From Mytilus californianus (Eukaryota), in the NCBI RefSeq assembly GCF_021869535.1, contig NW_026262690.1, forward strand, positions 94,922,001 through 94,986,000: a stretch of DNA of 64,000 nucleotides. Direction: 5' to 3'. The notes beneath the pieces are model-generated. The model saw only the letters and a program-made list of their open reading frames with translations. It did no database searches and was not told the DNA's origin. The stretch's first letter is position 1. Every line of letters begins with the position of its first letter. This document shows, piece after piece, positions 1 to 12,787 of this stretch. Position numbers and translations under genes: made by a program.

Positions 1-185
1 CCTGATTTTGACGATAACAAACAAAATACTGATGGAATATAATGTCTATTCTTAAAGCCATGTATAGTATAGAGTTGTTTGAAATATTTTGGACAACTTT
101 TATAAGTACCATCAGCAAATAATTCTTCTGAAACTGTACACAGAAATCTCAAATTGGTCTAGCATCCAAATAAAATTATCCCACT
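1..185 (-). mobile_element. MULE (Mutator-like) transposase fragment, disrupted, inside the intron of receptor 1
   Basis: Manual minus-strand translation: GIILFGC*TNLRFLCTVSEELFADGTYKSCPKYFKQLYTIHGFKNRHYIPSVFCLLSSKS. The DGT(F/Y)K..P..F.QLYTIHG...P..F.LL pattern is the MULE DDE domain around the first catalytic Asp. In-frame TAG at 161-159; runs off the window start. Confidence 0.78.
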
Positions 186-239
186 AATATAATTATAGTA
201 CATGTTACATGTATAATATAGGTAAAACAATTAACAGGT

Positions 240-385
240 AAACGTGGCGCAATTTGATTCCATTTATTGGCGCAATTAATACCATCAGAAAAATAGAGAG
301 TGGCGTAATTGATACATCAGAAAAATAGAGAGTGGAGCAATTGATACCTTTTTAAATGGGTAATTAGCGCAAATTGATTCTGGTC
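240..385. repeat. Short tandem array of (T)GGCGCAATTGAT-like motifs, including a duplicated ATCAGAAAAATAGAGAGTGG unit
   Basis: About five degenerate GGCGCAATT(T)GAT copies seen directly. Possibly the subterminal repeats of the adjacent MULE (inference). Confidence 0.6.
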
Positions 386-1704
386 GATAAATTTTTATAA
401 TATACGTAATTTGAGGCGTATATAGTAGTAATAACATAAATAGTAGCAGTTTTACTGCACCAGATGCGCATTTGGACCTTTAAACCTAAATATTTTAACC
501 TCTATAAATGTATCGTTTTCAATACAAGGGTTTGATATTTTACTTCAAGACCCCAATTTTCAACATTCTGTGTTTTTATTTGAAAATATTTCGCTCAAAA
601 CCGTGATTAATTATGTTTTTTTTTTCACTAACTGTAATGGTAAAATTAAGTTCGCTTAATCTAACAAAAGACCGAATTCACAACCTTAAACAGCAGAACA
701 TTTAAAAAAATGGTTTTCCTACCTATCATGTGACACTACTTTAAATCATTTTCAATTACATTTCTACTACTAATCTATTTTTAAGGCCAAACGCAAACAA
801 CAAGTTTAACCACAAAGGCTTCAATCAGAAAATAAGCATTCCAGAAATAAACTATTTTTCAATGATATGTAGTAAGATTTTTCTTTGTTTAGCTAGGGCC
901 ATTTTTGGCACAAGAAATGTGCACATTTAGTTGCAAAATTAAGATAAAGACATCATAAATCTATTGTTTTAATACTAATTCATAATTAGTTTTACAAACA
1001 TTTCAGCGTTTATGTAATGTGTTGATGAAATCATATTTACGTCTTCAGCCCACTGTTATGACGATATTTTTTTGTAAGTTGCCAAAAATATAATTTTAAA
1101 AAGACGCGCGGAAGCAAAGACAAGATTTAAATGTATTTGTAAGTGTCACACATCTCATTTTTCGACTATCAATTTAATGATTTTGTATCTTTATCTTTTA
1201 AACAACTTCCGATGTTAGTTATGTACATTTTTTTTTATTTCTCATTCTTGCTTTTGATTTAACTGCTCTAGCATGTGTAGAGTTATAAACTTTAAATATA
1301 AAAAAAAATATTTTGCTCGACGAAATCATTTTTGAATTTAATCTTCATTAAGAACGAGTATAATCATTGATTCGCAACATTGGAAGAAAGAAGATGGAAA
1401 AGTAAGACTTACAAAAACATCTAAGGTCTACATGGTACCCTGAATATCGTTATGAGTTATTTTTACCAAAGATACAAAACTTATAAACTTTAACTGAAAA
1501 TTTGAAAAAAATCACTGAAAATTGAATAAAAAAATTTTTCAACTCGTTTTCTTTTAAATTTAATCAATTAATTTGTAAGCTTTTTAAGTAAAAACAAGGC
1601 TTATGCGTTATGCATTATTCATTTTGGTTTAGCTACTATGTTAACATATACATATTAATATGTATATCAAATATATTAAATTTTCTTTCAGACGTTAAAC
1701 TTAC

Positions 1705-2207
1705 AAAGAGCCATTTGGTCCCATCTGATCAAGAGCTATCCCGATAATTCCTCCAACTGTCGGAACTGCAAATATGTATGTTAAAAGTCTCCAGTCATTT
1801 TTCCCAAAATTAATCTGCTTGCGAAAAAAGATCAACATAAAGGCGTTGATGGCTACGATGTTGACCATTAAAGTTTGTGCTGTTATAAACACGGCAAGCA
1901 TGAACCCATAAAAGATACAGATACCTTTTGGATGCGGGTGATCCTTTGTAATAGCAATATGCATGTGATCCATCGTATGAGCAACGTTAAACAGACAGTC
2001 GCAAATCGCCATATAAACTACGAATCTTTCGCTTCTTGACCATGAGAAAAATGTTTTGTAGCTCTTTTTCTTGAATGATACTACTATTACACAAATAGCT
2101 GATATAAAGCTCAAAAATATACATGTTAATGCTGGGACATGTATAATATAGAACTGGCCATTGTCCAAACCGGCCAGATCCAAACTGTAACCATCTTTGC
2201 CGCCCAT
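1705..2207 (-). CDS. cAMP-receptor-like / GPR157-like 7TM receptor, paralog 1, exon 1 (TM1-TM4); exon 2 lies outside the window
   Basis: ATG at 2207 (MGGKDGYSLDLAGLDNGQFYIIHVPAL...ERFVVYMAICD...HTMDHMH...CIFYGF...GPNGS). Ends TT|GTAAGT, a canonical donor at 1704, at the same phase-2 position as in the other four paralogs. The TTG start in the ORF track is probably not used. Confidence 0.88.
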
Positions 2208-3255
2208 TGTGTATCTTATGAATGAAGAAATATAACTGTGCAACAGTATCTGGAACAATATGTAGGATATTATCTATGTCTCCATGCCGATATATATACA
2301 TATGAATATTTACCAATCAATGTAAACCTTCATACCAACGGAAGCCGTAGCCATAGCAAATTAAGTAAATTGAAGTAATCTTGGAACTGGTACACAAGTT
2401 CAGGAGTCTATTTACTAGTTCTAATTTTGATTAACAGCATTACGCGTGATTCTAAAATAGATTTTATTTGATGCTCTCGATGCAAATATTTGGAAGGCGG
2501 AATGCATACAGTATATAACTAGTCATAGGGAATGGGAGCCAAAACAGTAGAGTCAAAACCGTCTATAGAAGGATATGAACTTTATTTGTATCACATAAAA
2601 ATCTTAAAAATTCAAACTTTTAATTGAGGTATGAATATGTACTAAACCTATACCAAATAACTATCAGTTTAAAAGAAAAACAAAGTATATGGGGTATCCA
2701 TCCATGACACAAAATCAGTACATGCACAGTTTGCCAATGATGACTGTTTGACAATGATGTCATGCTACAAACGTAGTCGCCCTATTGCATAGTCCCTCTT
2801 GTATATAAAACTTCTTTCAAGAGTGATAAAATTAAGAATTATTTCAAACGCCTCTCGTTATTCTTATTTAGTAGAGTACAGATTATGTATTATGATTTTT
2901 CAGTGAATAACATTGCTGTGATTCCAGCTGATTTCGTTTTCTGTTTAGGGTTTGTAGTTTGTTGTTCTCTTTTGGTCGTGGTGCAGTCTTTCTTTCTTCG
3001 ACTCGTAGTTCTATCAAGATAACACTACTATTGGGAGTACGAGTACCGCTTACGAAGCCTTTTAAAACTTCCGGAGTACAAAATTGATAGGAATATGGTA
3101 TTTTCTGTTAGAGTTAATTATTGTTTACAGTTTCATTTTAAATGTTCTCTGCTTGTATTCATTCCCCTCTTCTTCTATTTTCCTGTCTGGTTTTTTGCTT
3201 GTGTATTGTCGTGTAAAGTAATTAATAATTTTCTTTCTTTAACTGCATTAGAAAG

Positions 3256-3366
3256 AAAAAAGTAAAATAACAAAAATACCAAACACCAAGGAAAATTCAA
3301 AACGGAAAGTCCTTTATCAAATGCAAATCAAAAGCTCAAACACATCAAACAAATAGAAAACAATAA
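3256..3366 (-). repeat. Dispersed repeat family C, 3'-end fragment
   Basis: AAAAAGTAAAATAACAAAAATACC(G/A)AAC.CCAAGGAAAATTCAAAACGGAAAGTC... matches the copies at 28022, 35262 (inverted) and 61483. Confidence 0.75.
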
Positions 3367-5419
3367 AGTGTACTTATTGAAAAAATATATATGCTCTATC
3401 CTTATATCATTAGGTTTGTCGTCTTCTATCTCTTATGTATCCTCTTTTCAATATGAATATAATGAGACAAAGAGTACACATCAATCCATGTACATCGTCT
3501 ACAAATGCCTACTTTAAAAATATTCAACTTGGGTACTTCCAATATTGAGGACGAACAATTTACCAAATAATTTGATTAAAGGCCAGTGACATTAACTGCT
3601 CTTTCAATTGCTTGGTAGCCATACTTTGGTTTCAGGCTAAAATGGCTGAATAATAATTGATTAGTTGCTACTGGGCAATACTGTTTCACTGTTTTCATGA
3701 CATAATTTTGCATTTCTTGCATTTTATTTGCTACTTTAGTATCTCCCCCTTTTTTAATGCGGTATTGACAATAACGTGCTTATTTTTTTCAGTTTCCTTT
3801 TTATAATACCTTTAAAAGAGAGGTGGGAGATACAAATGTACTAAAGAAATATTCAAAGTCATAAATCGAAAACGAACTGAAAATTAATGAATAATTCGGT
3901 AGGTCAAATTTGATTATTTATTATCATTTGCTTTCGTATATTCGTCCTGCTTATTTTCGGACCAGTCTTTTTATAACAAATTATTGTAATCCGCCAAAAA
4001 TAAAAAAAAGTTGCTCCCTAAAATGTTTATTTTGGTTTGAAATGTTTTATAAGATGCAACTGTAAATTCATTAACATGTTATTTTTTCACAAATGTGACC
4101 AAATTTGCTATAGTCTTACCAGCAAGTGTATTTTATCACAGTACAGGGAAATTTGGTATTATAACCGAATGATCATTTTATCAATCTCTGATAGTATTTT
4201 GATATTTATCCGTTTTCCAGTGTATTTTTTGCCGTACCGAATCGTTGTATCTAGCCATTCGAAAGGGGGTTCCAACCCCCCGGAACACCATGAAACGTTC
4301 ACATAATAAAAAAAAAAATAACAGAAAAACAAAAAATCGAAAAGGGGGGGTGGGGAGTCAACCCCTGGAATATCCCCTGGATCTGCCAATGGTATCGGTT
4401 AGAATAACATATAAGGATTATTTTTTGGGAAAAAATACGTGTACTATTGTCTGTGTTTTATGTACATGGAATTTTATTGACTTTGCACGGGGAGAAACTG
4501 GAAATAAAGTTAGTAATGAAGGAGGACCACACATTCGTTGCATACAAATTTTACAATCGCTTGCATGAGTTTAGGTAAAGTTATTTTGAACGATTATCAT
4601 AACTTTAATAGGATCGATACATTAGGGATAGAGCATATCTATACTATTAAATGATCACTATACAAATCCTTGCTCTGTATAATGTATATCAATCAGTGAC
4701 CGCCGTGGATAGTAAACTTTGAATTGATAGTAAATAGCAAATGCACTTTATTCATAGTATATGTATGATCATAGTATACAGAAAAACGCGAAAATAATTG
4801 AAATTAACAGAAAACAAAAAATTAACGGACTTTGGAAAAAAGGGGGAGGGCTAAAAAAAATTGATCTGTCCCCAAGTACCTGTGACTTTTGATGCCTTTC
4901 CTGAAATACTCCAGTCATAAAATCAGTTACAAAATTCATCCTACAACAAAAGGGGGGAGCAAGGGGTTTAACTGTTATGCTGTTATGGGGTAATTTAATT
5001 CTTTGTTATCTGTTATTCTGAAAATATATTTGCTGTTAGCTGTTATTGTCTTATTCATTGTTAGCTGTTATAGGACCATTATTTTTATTGTTATCTGTTA
5101 TTGTGAGATTGTATTTGCTGTTAACTGTTATTGAAAATTGGAATGTTAGCATTTTGACAGCCAATCTTAAGTAGAAATTGAAGATAATTGAACATTGTGA
5201 CTTAGATAGAGAGTTGTCTCATTGCCCGTGGCACTCATACCACATCTACTTATATCTATTGTGGGTCTTTCCACTGGTGATATGGAGGTCACGTATTTGC
5301 AGAAGATTCCAGTACATCACATAAACATATTAAAAACAGTCGGGTCCAGGACCATTCCAGTATACATTATTATTATTATTCTTTGTAATAAATTCCATTG
5401 TCAGTGAACATGTTTTTAG

Positions 5420-6905
5420 ATGTATAATTTTGTACAAATTATAATTTGTACAAAAAATGTGTACAAATTATATTTGTATTTTGACTTTGTACACATTTTT
5501 CTTACAAATTATAATTTGTACAAATTTGACTAAAATTCACTTATAACTTTTACAATAACTTATCGTATGGATTTTGTTATAAAAAAAAGCATTGGTACAC
5601 CGTATAGAATTTTAATTCAATGAACACATAATAAACCTTATGTTGTACTGTTACACCACTGTCCAAGGTTAGGGGAGGGTTGGGCGCCAACTAACATGTT
5701 TAACCCCGCCACTCTCTGTATGTACCTGTTCAAAGTCAGGAGCCTGTAATTCAGTAGTTGTTATTTGTTGATAAGTTTTTCGTTCATTATTTTGTAAATA
5801 AATTAGGCTATTAGCTTTCTCGTTTGAATTGTTTATCGTATGTAATTTCAAGGCCTTTTATATCTGACTATGCGGTATGGGTTTGCTCATAGTCGAAGGC
5901 GGTATGATGAGCTATAGTTGTTAATTTCTGTGTCTTTTTGTCTCTTTTGAAGAGTTGTCTCATTGGCAATCATACCACATCTCCTTTTATACTTATTTAC
6001 AAAATACAAAAATAATTAGGTATCATTTGTTTGAGCATGTGAGTGAAATATTGCCTTTGGGAATTACACAACATCTTTTGCTTTTAGCATTTACATTTAG
6101 AAGTGCTACTCCTCCTCTTTGTATTTACATGAAAGAGAGCCCTGACCACCAGTTTTTTAAAAGCTTTTTAACTGCTTCACATAGTGAAAGTTGAAGCTCA
6201 GAAACTGTTGCTGCAAATAAAGATGCGTCTTTAACAGCTTCAATTTAATTTCTCAACAAAATATCCTTTTAAAAATCCAACAGCTGTTCCAATGCCGTAC
6301 CCAAATTCTCCATATTCCATAATTTCACAGTAGATGCATGATTGGTGTTCACTTGGTGTCATCCAAATTGTCACTCGGACCAATTTCTATTCTGCTATCA
6401 GAATAGTCACTTGAGCCAATTTCTGTTATATTATCATAATTAACTGTATGCATTACATTTCCTGTCTCCATCTGGGTATTTTTTGTTTTATAACTACATG
6501 AACTAAGGTTTATTATGCGGTCATTGAATAAAAATTCTACGGTGTGCATCAATGTTTTTTTCTATAACAAAATCCCCACGAGAAAAAAAAGTTCTAAATA
6601 TCAAATTAATATAAGGTGTCACTGGCTTCATTTTCTTGAAAAATTAAAAAAAAAAAAAGAAAACCACAAAAATTTATCTATCAAATGCTCTTGATTTTTA
6701 AATATTCCTTAAACAAAAACAGAAACTAGTAATTTTGTTCAGTTTGAAGTGAATTTAAGTAGAAATTTGTACATGGATTTTTTTGTACAAATTACAATTT
6801 GTATTTTTACAAATTACAATTGTACAAAGTAAAATTAAAAATTATAATTTGTACATTTTTTTGTTACAAATCACAATTTGCACAAAATCAAAACTTGTAC
6901 ACAAT
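5420..6905. mobile_element. Foldback-like element with about 150-bp imperfect inverted arms built of TTTGTACAAA motifs
   Basis: Left arm 5420-5545 aligns by eye to the reverse complement of the right arm 6745-6900 (TTTTGT(A/G)CAAATT...GTACAAATT...AAATTCACTT). No coding capacity seen inside. Confidence 0.65.
5634..5990 (+). mobile_element. 3'-UTR fragment of Penelope-like family A
   Basis: Collinear with 23485-23843, which is physically attached to an RT C-terminus. Ends in ...ATACCACATCTCCTTTT. Confidence 0.75.
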
Positions 6906-6929
6906 ATATATAAAAGGTGTTTCTGTTAA

Positions 6930-7198
6930 GGTCGTATGGACCTAGGCCTATCCTCATCAGGTATCCCTAGCCATATGTTTTCCTTTTTTGTAATATTAAG
7001 AATTGTTCGAATTTGAATTTTACATATATATGGGGATAATGTTCCTTGTACCCCCATGCGTACATGTATATTAAATTCAAATCAATTATTAAAATAACAA
7101 AAAGGAAAACATATGGCCAAGGAAACCTGATGAGGATCATAATTAAAATGAATATATATCATATGTCTCTGTTAAGGCGTAGCTAGGTCCATACAACC
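6930..7198. mobile_element. Small MITE with 16-bp TIRs and a second, inner inverted repeat
   Basis: GGTCGTATGGACCTAG (6930-6945) vs CTAGGTCCATACAACC (7183-7198), 15/16 match. Inner IR ATCCTCATCAGGT.TCC.T.GCCATATGTTTTCCTTTT at about 6950-6988 and 7101-7138. No clean TSD. Confidence 0.7.
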
Positions 7199-7388
7199 AG
7201 TTATATAATAAGATCTACTGTATTGGTCCTTGACCGGACTGATTTTAAGATTTCATTTACTGTTATCTGTTATTGTCCCTTTTGAATTCCTTGTTATGTG
7301 TTTTAAGCCAAATCAATTTACTGTTTTGCTGTTATTGGAACCCCCTTTGCCCCCCTCAACAAACATACTTTCAACAACGCTCTAAATG

Positions 7389-7414
7389 CCCGCGATTTCG
7401 CGGGTGTGTTCTAG
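7389..7414 (+). mobile_element. Helitron-type 3' terminus (GC hairpin + CTAG)
   Basis: CCCGCG-ATTT-CGCGGG perfect hairpin (7389-7404), then CTAG (7411-7414) followed by T. 5' end not identified. Confidence 0.62.
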
Positions 7415-8464
7415 TATATATATTCAATAAGTACAATTTATTGTATATTATTTGATGCAAAAAAGGATAAAAAAAGGTCGTCGTATCTTTGAACTTTCCC
7501 GAAGTCTTCCGGAAGATTGTCGAGTTTACTAGCTTCGATCCTTGCTTGGAAGTTGAAGGGAAAACAAAACTAACCTTAAAGAACGGGAATCATACGATTG
7601 TTTGATTTCACAATATATCCTTGCAGATAATCCTTTAATGATTTTTTTAAAAATTTTCATCTGTAAAATCGATTTATTAGTGAATAGTGAAAAAAAAATA
7701 CCTGATTTCAACTTGAAGTTATTTCTGCTAACAATAATCAATCATATTGATAAGACATTCAAACCATCAATGAACTTATATCAAAAAAAAGTATAATATT
7801 GATCAAAAACTACTTTTGGATGACCTACTATCCTGATGTTAATACAGACCCAGCAACGTATTTGCTGACACGTTTAAATTCATCAAAATCATAACAAAAT
7901 CATAACCCCTTTAATGCAAGCACACGCTTTAATTTAGACTATTTGTGAAATCATTTCTTACCCAAGATATTAGTACACATAGTTCATACTTACACTGACT
8001 TCTGGTGCCTTACTTTCTAACAAGTTTTTAATATCTGAATTCGGAAAGATAAATACCCGTTTAAACCAGATTTAAATTGGAATACACGTGAAGGCCAACC
8101 TTATTTGAAATGAAGAGCAATCCAAATTTCTTATCAGCAGGTTAAGTATTTTATTTTAGCTTGTTTTTGATCACTGGTAGCATTCTTTTTATGCGGTATG
8201 TTGAAGATAAACAGACAAAACGATGTCAAAAAAGAATAATAAACAAAAAGAAAACAAATCAGTCTACAAAACTCTGCACAAAAAAAAAAAAACAACTAAA
8301 GATTGAGCAACAGGAACCCCGCCAAAAGCAGGTGATGATCTCATTCAGATACTCCGAAATTGTAAGCATTTCTTGCTCCATTAGTGACACCCGTTGTGTT
8401 GTTTATGACAAGTAAGATCTAAAAGAATTAAAAGTTTAACTCTTCTTCATTTTCATATGTATGT

Positions 8465-8655
8465 TCTAAGTATAGTGTGACGTCCATTTTCACTGAACTA
8501 GTACACAATTTTATTTAGGGGCCAGCTGAGGACCACCTCCGGGTGCGGGATTTTCTCGCTTCATTGAAGACCCATTGGCGGCCTTCGGCTGTTGTCTGCT
8601 CTTTGGTGGGGTTGTTGTCTCTTTGATATATTCCCCATTTCCATTCTCAATTTTA
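8465..8655 (+). repeat. Dispersed GC-richer repeat (family E) ending in a T-rich tail
   Basis: GC-rich block GGGGCCAGCTGAGG...TTCCCCATTTCCATTCTCAATTTTA that I recognise as a common mussel interspersed repeat. Single copy in this window, so class is uncertain. Confidence 0.45.
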
Positions 8656-9171
8656 TCTTAGTCAAGAACCTGATCAGTAGTTATCATATTTAATACTTAT
8701 CTTTGTCGTTATTTGGAGAATTGAGTTTAAATGGTCGATCTTTGATTTTTAAATCTTTTTTTGCTATTTTTTATCACTTGTTTAAATTAATAGACTTGTG
8801 ACGCTTCAGAGCTTGACATAACGTGTAAACACCCGTTTATTGTTGAATTCTACAAGTTGACCTCTAAAGGTATCATTTTGCTATTTGTGTCGTTGGGTTG
8901 CTGTCCCATTGACGTATTATCTATATCTCGCTTTATTCATATTAGATTTGATAATCTGAATCTAAAAGATACATTGTTGTTTATGACAGGACATGTATGA
9001 CACTCTGTTTATCAGAAGTTTTGTTAAGTTCAAGGTTGTTGTTCGACTAAATTTGAGAGTGTTTGGCGGTCTTTGGGCAATTTGGTGTAGGTCTATATTT
9101 TCTGTTGAATTCATTCACACCTCATCGGGGTACAGGGCAAGTTTAACATTGACTCTGAAGACCGTATTTAA

Positions 9172-9450
9172 AACTAAGGAGATGATGTATGATTGCCATT
9201 GATACAACTGTACACCCTAGACCAATGAAAGGGAATGTATACAACTATAAGGCACTGTACCGCTTTCAACAATGAGCAAATCTCGCACCGTATAGATAGC
9301 TATAAAAATGTGAAAAAAATCAAAAGAGAAAACCAGTGGTGTTATAATTAACAAACGAAAAACAATAATGGCAGACCACAATCACGGACAACCATTGAGT
9401 TACAGGCTCCTGACTTAGAATAGACACTTAAAGAATATGGCGAGGTTAAT
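9172..9450 (-). mobile_element. Degenerate 3'-UTR fragment of Penelope-like family A
   Basis: GAGATG.TGTATGATTGCCA.TGA...GGCTCCTGACTT..., antisense to 23560-23843. Confidence 0.65.
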
Positions 9451-11439
9451 GCTGATGTTTCATTTATTATGTCTTGGCGGGTGGGCTGTCCATTGGATTT
9501 TATTTAAGATATCAGTGCTAAATTTATGTGAACGGCAAACATTATATATGAAAAGTAGTTTCTTGTGAATTTATGTAAAGAAATATAATGGATAAATTGC
9601 AAAATAAAGCGAGGTAAATTTGCAATCAACATTAAAAAAGTGACACTAACCTGTCAATGAAAAAATAGACTTGATATGTTTTGGGTAAGGAACGTTATTG
9701 GTTACCAATAACGTAAACCTGTACATATGGTTACAGTTACCAGTTAGTCAAACTACTGTACCATCTGAAGTAAAAAAAAAACAAAACTGTTTTCATCACT
9801 TGTTCAGACAAGACACAGGTTAACCAAGTTATCTAATTATATACTCACTAGAGATCTTTATCAAGAGATGGAATATAAGAACTATTTACCCATTTTTTAT
9901 AGTTTACTAGTAGAATATTTTCAACCTTTGCTCAACGTTTGACTCATGGAATAAAAGCATGACTTTACGTTCCCTAAAACGACAATAAATGGGGAATTAA
10001 ACTTTTTTTTAATAACCCAAAAGATTAAGAATTGTACTTATTAATTACAATTTGAATCAACATTTAAAGTATTACATGTAAACGTGACATAGCCGTCACG
10101 GTGTTGTTTTAATTAATATTTCAGCTTACAAAGTAAGCAGGACTAAAACTTTTTTTCTATATCTAATAGATTCTAGATCCGAACGGAATCTAACAAACTG
10201 ATGGCCCAGTTTTACTAAATCATACTATCAGAAAAGTTTATAAATTCAAATTTCAATCACACACAATATCCGTATGTGCTTTGTCTCAACTAGTTTGTGT
10301 TAAAATATAGGCTCATTTGAAAAGTCAAGAACGTGGGAAAAGTCAATAACCTAGATATATTTTTTTTATTTTAACACGATTGATGTATTTACAAAATTTG
10401 AAAAGTAAATGAATCAATCGAATAAACAAGTAAAAACAAACATCTAAGGCTTTATGCTACACTTCTCATATTGTAAGCGGAAGTGATTTTAGATTTGAGG
10501 TGGGATTAATAAAACATAAAACAAACAAAATACAAAAGCAACTACAAAATAACCACCACCCCCAAAAAAGAAATAAAATATAAAGACACAACAATGACAA
10601 ACAACAAAAAGCCAATAAAAGCCCCACCGACTTTCCGAAAAATTATTCCACCTATGCTGATTTATAGGGTCTTAAGCTTTTCAAGCATCTTTGTGAAAGA
10701 TTTGAATAAAATGTATGTGTGTGCGGTTTGTGTGTGCGTGGTGTCATGGTGGAGACGGTTGCCACCAATTCCTGTTATGCCGCCTATTGCATCATCTTTT
10801 CTTATTTTATATTATCATATAAGCTTCACTGTTGTTTATAAAATTGTCCGTTGGATTAAACTAGAGATTTTACGAGCACTGACCTTTTGGGTTTTGCCTT
10901 GTCTTTTTCGGGTATATAAACAATATACATATATTGCCGGGAAGATCTAAAATTCATTTGTACGACTTCAGAAACAAGAACAAGAAAAAAAAAGTATAGT
11001 AAAATGGTAGACAACAGTATACTATCTTTTTACATATATCATGTTGTACTGGTACTGAAAATGAATTCGAATATGGTTAATAAATCCAGTCTTCCAAGGA
11101 TCTTCCAAGAAAGTTTTGGTCATTAAAAAACACAAGATTTTATTTGATCGTTGTTCGCTCAACTGTCAGTGGTAAAAATATCATGCATATTCATGAGGGG
11201 CATGAAGAATAACAAGAAATTTGGTTTAGGTCAAAAACTTAATTTAAGAAAGGAAAGAATAATTTCTTGGTCAGGTAGGTTGAATATGATAAACTTGAAT
11301 AATGATGAATACGTGTTTAACGCCTAGTGACAAATATTGTATGCACACCTGGACGATATCTTGACTACATCGACGTATGTATCCGGATGTTCAACTCTTT
11401 TTCTTGTAGTGACGGTCCGCAAGAAGACATGTTATCCTA

Positions 11440-11620
11440 CCCGGACACATTATTCTGACTGCGAGCCGATTAGTCTTGTTATAACTTCTAAATGCCGTGT
11501 GTTTGGTAGAAATTCAGCAAACATCAATTTCAAATATTTGTTTTGACCTTGTTAGGTATCTTACCCACATCCTTTCACTCTCGAGGTTCTGACGCTTCCA
11601 CTAGATAACAGAGGCAGATC
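11440..11620 (-). mobile_element. Degenerate tRNA-derived SINE
   Basis: CCGGACACATTATTCTGACTGCGAGCCGATTAGTCTT...TTTTGACC...CACTCTCGAGG resembles the antisense body and head of mollusc tRNA-SINEs. A and B boxes are decayed. Confidence 0.4.
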
Positions 11621-12787
11621 CTTGGAGCTTGAAGAAATACAATTTAGTTTGTAATAAATGACAAACAAGTGCACTTCTGAATTGGTATGCTCGTTTATAA
11701 CCTTTAAAAATTTTAAAAGAATGTATACGATATATAAACATGGAATGATATGAATGTGTTATTATTCTTGCTTTGGATAGTATATTAGCTTTTTGAAATT
11801 CGGTATTTTTGAAGTGGAAAAAGAAGTCTTTGGATTTTTCAATGAACTGTTTTGAAAGAAAGAAATGTTTAACTGAATGAAAATCGAAATTGAAATATTC
11901 TGAAAATATTTGTCTGAAATATTATTCTGATATATTAGATTAATTGATGAGTATGTTTTAACAAATATTGAAAAATCAAAAGACCGCAATAAATCTTGAG
12001 AATCTAAAATAAAGAAGTTTCTCCTTCCTAACGCAGTTTTTTGAATGAAATAAACGAGGTGCTTATATATGAATTATCGGGTTTATATGTCCTTTGAGAA
12101 CATAAAAAAATTGGGACAAAATCATGAATGTAAAGCAAAAAAAAAATATGACAAAAATAAGGAGATGTGGTATGATTGCAAATGAGACAACTATCCACCA
12201 AAGTTCAAATGAAGTGGATGTAAGCAATTATAGGCAACCGTACGGCCTTCAACAATGAAAAAAACCCATACTGTGTGGTCGGACCCTGCATTTTGAAGGA
12301 GGCGAATGTTGGTTGTTAGTTTGGTCTGTTGTAATGTCAAATATTTTTTGTGTCAAAATAATAGAATATTACGTATTAAACTTTTTAATGACATCGCAAT
12401 AGATAATCCTATATTCCCAACTCTATCTGATACTGAAAAACTAGTATTCCCGCTAAATCCTTCATATATAAACCAAGTAAAAAAAAACAGGTTCCTTTAT
12501 AAAACAGTCATTAGAGCTGAGGACAGGGGACTCTTAGTTATTTTTGCTTGTATATATATATACGTATTCAAATCAGTTTGTTTTTTGTTGTTAGATAAAA
12601 TTATTTGTATTTATCACAAGTATCATGTTTTACTTATCTAACAATAAAGGATTATTATATATGTTACATGTAAACCTTATGTATTTTTCATTTAATAAAT
12701 CGTTTAAAAAAGTCCATGCTGTTGCTTTATTCAATGCGTAATGCAATGTATATTAACTCACCATAGATATCAGGCTTAAACCTTAGT

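Larger units (their letters stand above)
4951..7357. mobile_element. Non-autonomous element with G/C-run termini and internal CTGTTA repeats, split by nested insertions
   Basis: Left end AGGGGGGAGCAAGGGGTT (4951-4968); the right end reverse-complements to GAGGGGGGCAAAGGGGGTT (7357-7339). CTGTTA/CTGTTATT repeats occur in both halves (4970-5150 and 7255-7337). Confidence 0.55.

Noticed and set aside
240-385. Short repeat-spacer-like pattern as a CRISPR array
   Set aside because: Eukaryotic context, degenerate units, duplicated rather than unique spacers, and no cas genes.
2208-2258. 17-aa N-terminal extension of paralog 1 from the TTG start in the ORF track
   Set aside because: Non-ATG start in a eukaryote with an in-frame stop shortly upstream; the ATG at 2207 aligns with the family DGY motif. 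An upstream exon cannot be excluded.
4245-4392. GGCAGATCCAGGGG-type MITE end
   Set aside because: Only one terminus is recognisable, with no partner TIR or TSD, so the element cannot be delimited.
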